This document shows, piece by piece, positions 62,358 to 64,000 of a stretch of 64,000 nucleotides of DNA (position 1 is its first letter; each line of letters opens with the position of its first letter). The stretch lies in the NCBI RefSeq assembly GCF_009914755.1, contig NC_060932.1; one strand, written 5' to 3'. Made by a program: the position numbers and the translations under genes. This stretch comes from the human T2T-CHM13v2.0 reference genome, Homo sapiens. A model generated the notes under the pieces. It made no database searches. It saw nothing but the letters and a program-made list of their open reading frames with translations, and was not told the origin of the DNA.

Positions 62358-63340
62358 ATGGTTATCCACAGTGGAGAACAGTGGTGAAAAACAGATATGA
62401 AATCAAACAAGACCTCCAGTAAGCCTTAAGCATGTTAATCTTTTTAGCTTAGTTTCCTGGTCTTTACAGTGTGAATAATTAATATTAGCTACTGCCTAAG
62501 ATTGTTGTGTGGATAAATTATATACAGCGAAAGCTAAATAAATGTTCATCACACTAATAATTATAATCCCATAAAGGATGTAGTCCAATTCTCATGCATC
62601 TTACCTGAGGGGCTGTTGTATATTTTGTGTCATGTACATTGGATTTCCCGCAGTCACCTTCCAGACTATAAAGCTGACCACTCAGCTCAGTGCCTTTCCC
62701 TGGCAACTTCGGAAGGGAAGAACTATTAGAGATTTCTGACAATCTGTCTTCTCCCTTCTATATAGTGCATAAAATCTAGAAGTTAGGTATTTAAAATAAT
62801 CTACAGGCTCAAAAATAAATCTTACTGTTTTCAAGTTAACCTCCTCCTGGGGTTGGTATTAAAAAAGAATTAGGTTTGCATTTGTTGAGCTTTGCAGGAT
62901 GCCCTGATAATGCCTCAGCAATCAAAATGTAATTATAAAATAGGGATGTTTAAATTGCCAAATATATATATATATTTTTCTATTCAGTCTGAACTATAAC
63001 AGTCAAGCATGTGAGTGCATTAAGGTGAAGATGACGGACCAAATTCCAAATAACTTAGTAAGCTTTGTGGTTAAATGCAGGGTAGTAGGTAACAATAACA
63101 AAACACCCAATAATAAATAAATCACAGCATATTTTCTTGATTATCTATAAATGTCATAACCCTTGCTAAAAGGACTTTCTTCTCCAATAACATAATCCTT
63201 GCTGTGAGGCTGCTGGGAGTAGATAGGATGGAAATGCAATCCTTCTGCTCTTTTTTTCATCGTACCATGGCTTCACCCACTGGGTCCCACTCAGTTTCTT
63301 CTGTGTGTCAGTGTACCTACCCATACTATATTAAAATTTT

Positions 63341-63931
63341 TGAACATATTGCAAAATAAAAAATCTCAAGGCTCACAAACTTCTTATACAAAAGGAAAGG
63401 TTAAGCTGAGAGACTGAGTCATGCAACACTCTCTTACAAACAAACGAGCAGTGGTTACTAACATTACACGTTTAGCAGATCCCTACAAAAGGTAAAAGGC
63501 CTCAGGGATCTAGGAAGGACTGCCCCCACAGATCATCCATAAGTAAATTCTTTGCTGGTCTCCCTAAACAAGGACATGCCAATTATAACTTTAGGTCTAC
63601 AATCCAAGTCTAGCTCCTGAAACTAAAGTCTGTTTGATTCCACATAGATAATGTTGTCTTCCCAGGTGCAGGACAAAGACTAGACTAATTCTTCCACCTT
63701 CCAAGAGAGGTCTGCATAATTGATTCTTCTTTTACTGCCTTTTTCTCTTCAAACATTCACCTTCTCTTATGTAAAATATAGCTAGATTTACTGAATACTA
63801 ACCAAGGTCTCACAAGAATGTAACCATTCATCTTGCATCTTACTTGCCCCTCTGCCTACCTGCCTTTCCTCCATTTAAGGAAACGTATACGTACTAAACC
63901 TCCTGAAAACTTCTTCAGAAAAACAACCACA
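63341..63931 (+). mobile_element. MER4-group ERV1 LTR (family not resolved), interrupted by an Alu
   Basis: aaaataaaaaatctcaagg...aaggttaagctgagagactgagtcatgcaa; cttatgtaaaatatag...ttactgaatactaacc. Confidence 0.6.
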
Positions 63932-64000
63932 GGGCTGGGCATGGTGGCTCACACCTGTACACCTGTAATCCCAGCACTTTGGGAGACCGGAGTGAGAGGA
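63932..64000 (+). mobile_element. Alu 5' end (runs off the window)
   Basis: ggctgggcatggtggctcacacctgtacacctgtaatcccagcactttgggag, with a local cacctgta duplication. Confidence 0.9.

Overview
Primate (very likely human) non-coding genomic DNA, dominated by interspersed repeats. I found no supportable host protein-coding gene, RNA gene or CpG island. The recognisable long ORFs are fragments of LINE-1, THE1 or Alu. Main elements: a near-complete THE1 MaLR provirus (1-2582, -), a full-length L1PA3-type element (15309-21461, -) that keeps the 129-bp ZNF93 segment and a frameshifted ORF0, a 5'-truncated L1PA8-type element (44351-50092, +), about 17 Alu/Alu monomers, and about 15 solo ERV LTRs, several of them nested. 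I do not see a new biological system. The most notable observations are mutational scars readable from sequence. (1) A perfect 43-bp copy of unique DNA from 1.6 kb downstream sits inside a (GAAA)n microsatellite. (2) The old L1 carries a 3' transduction with its own polyA signal inside the TSDs. (3) Two fold-back (inverted) templated insertions lie inside LTRs. Subfamily names come from my recall of consensus sequences and need RepeatMasker/Dfam confirmation.
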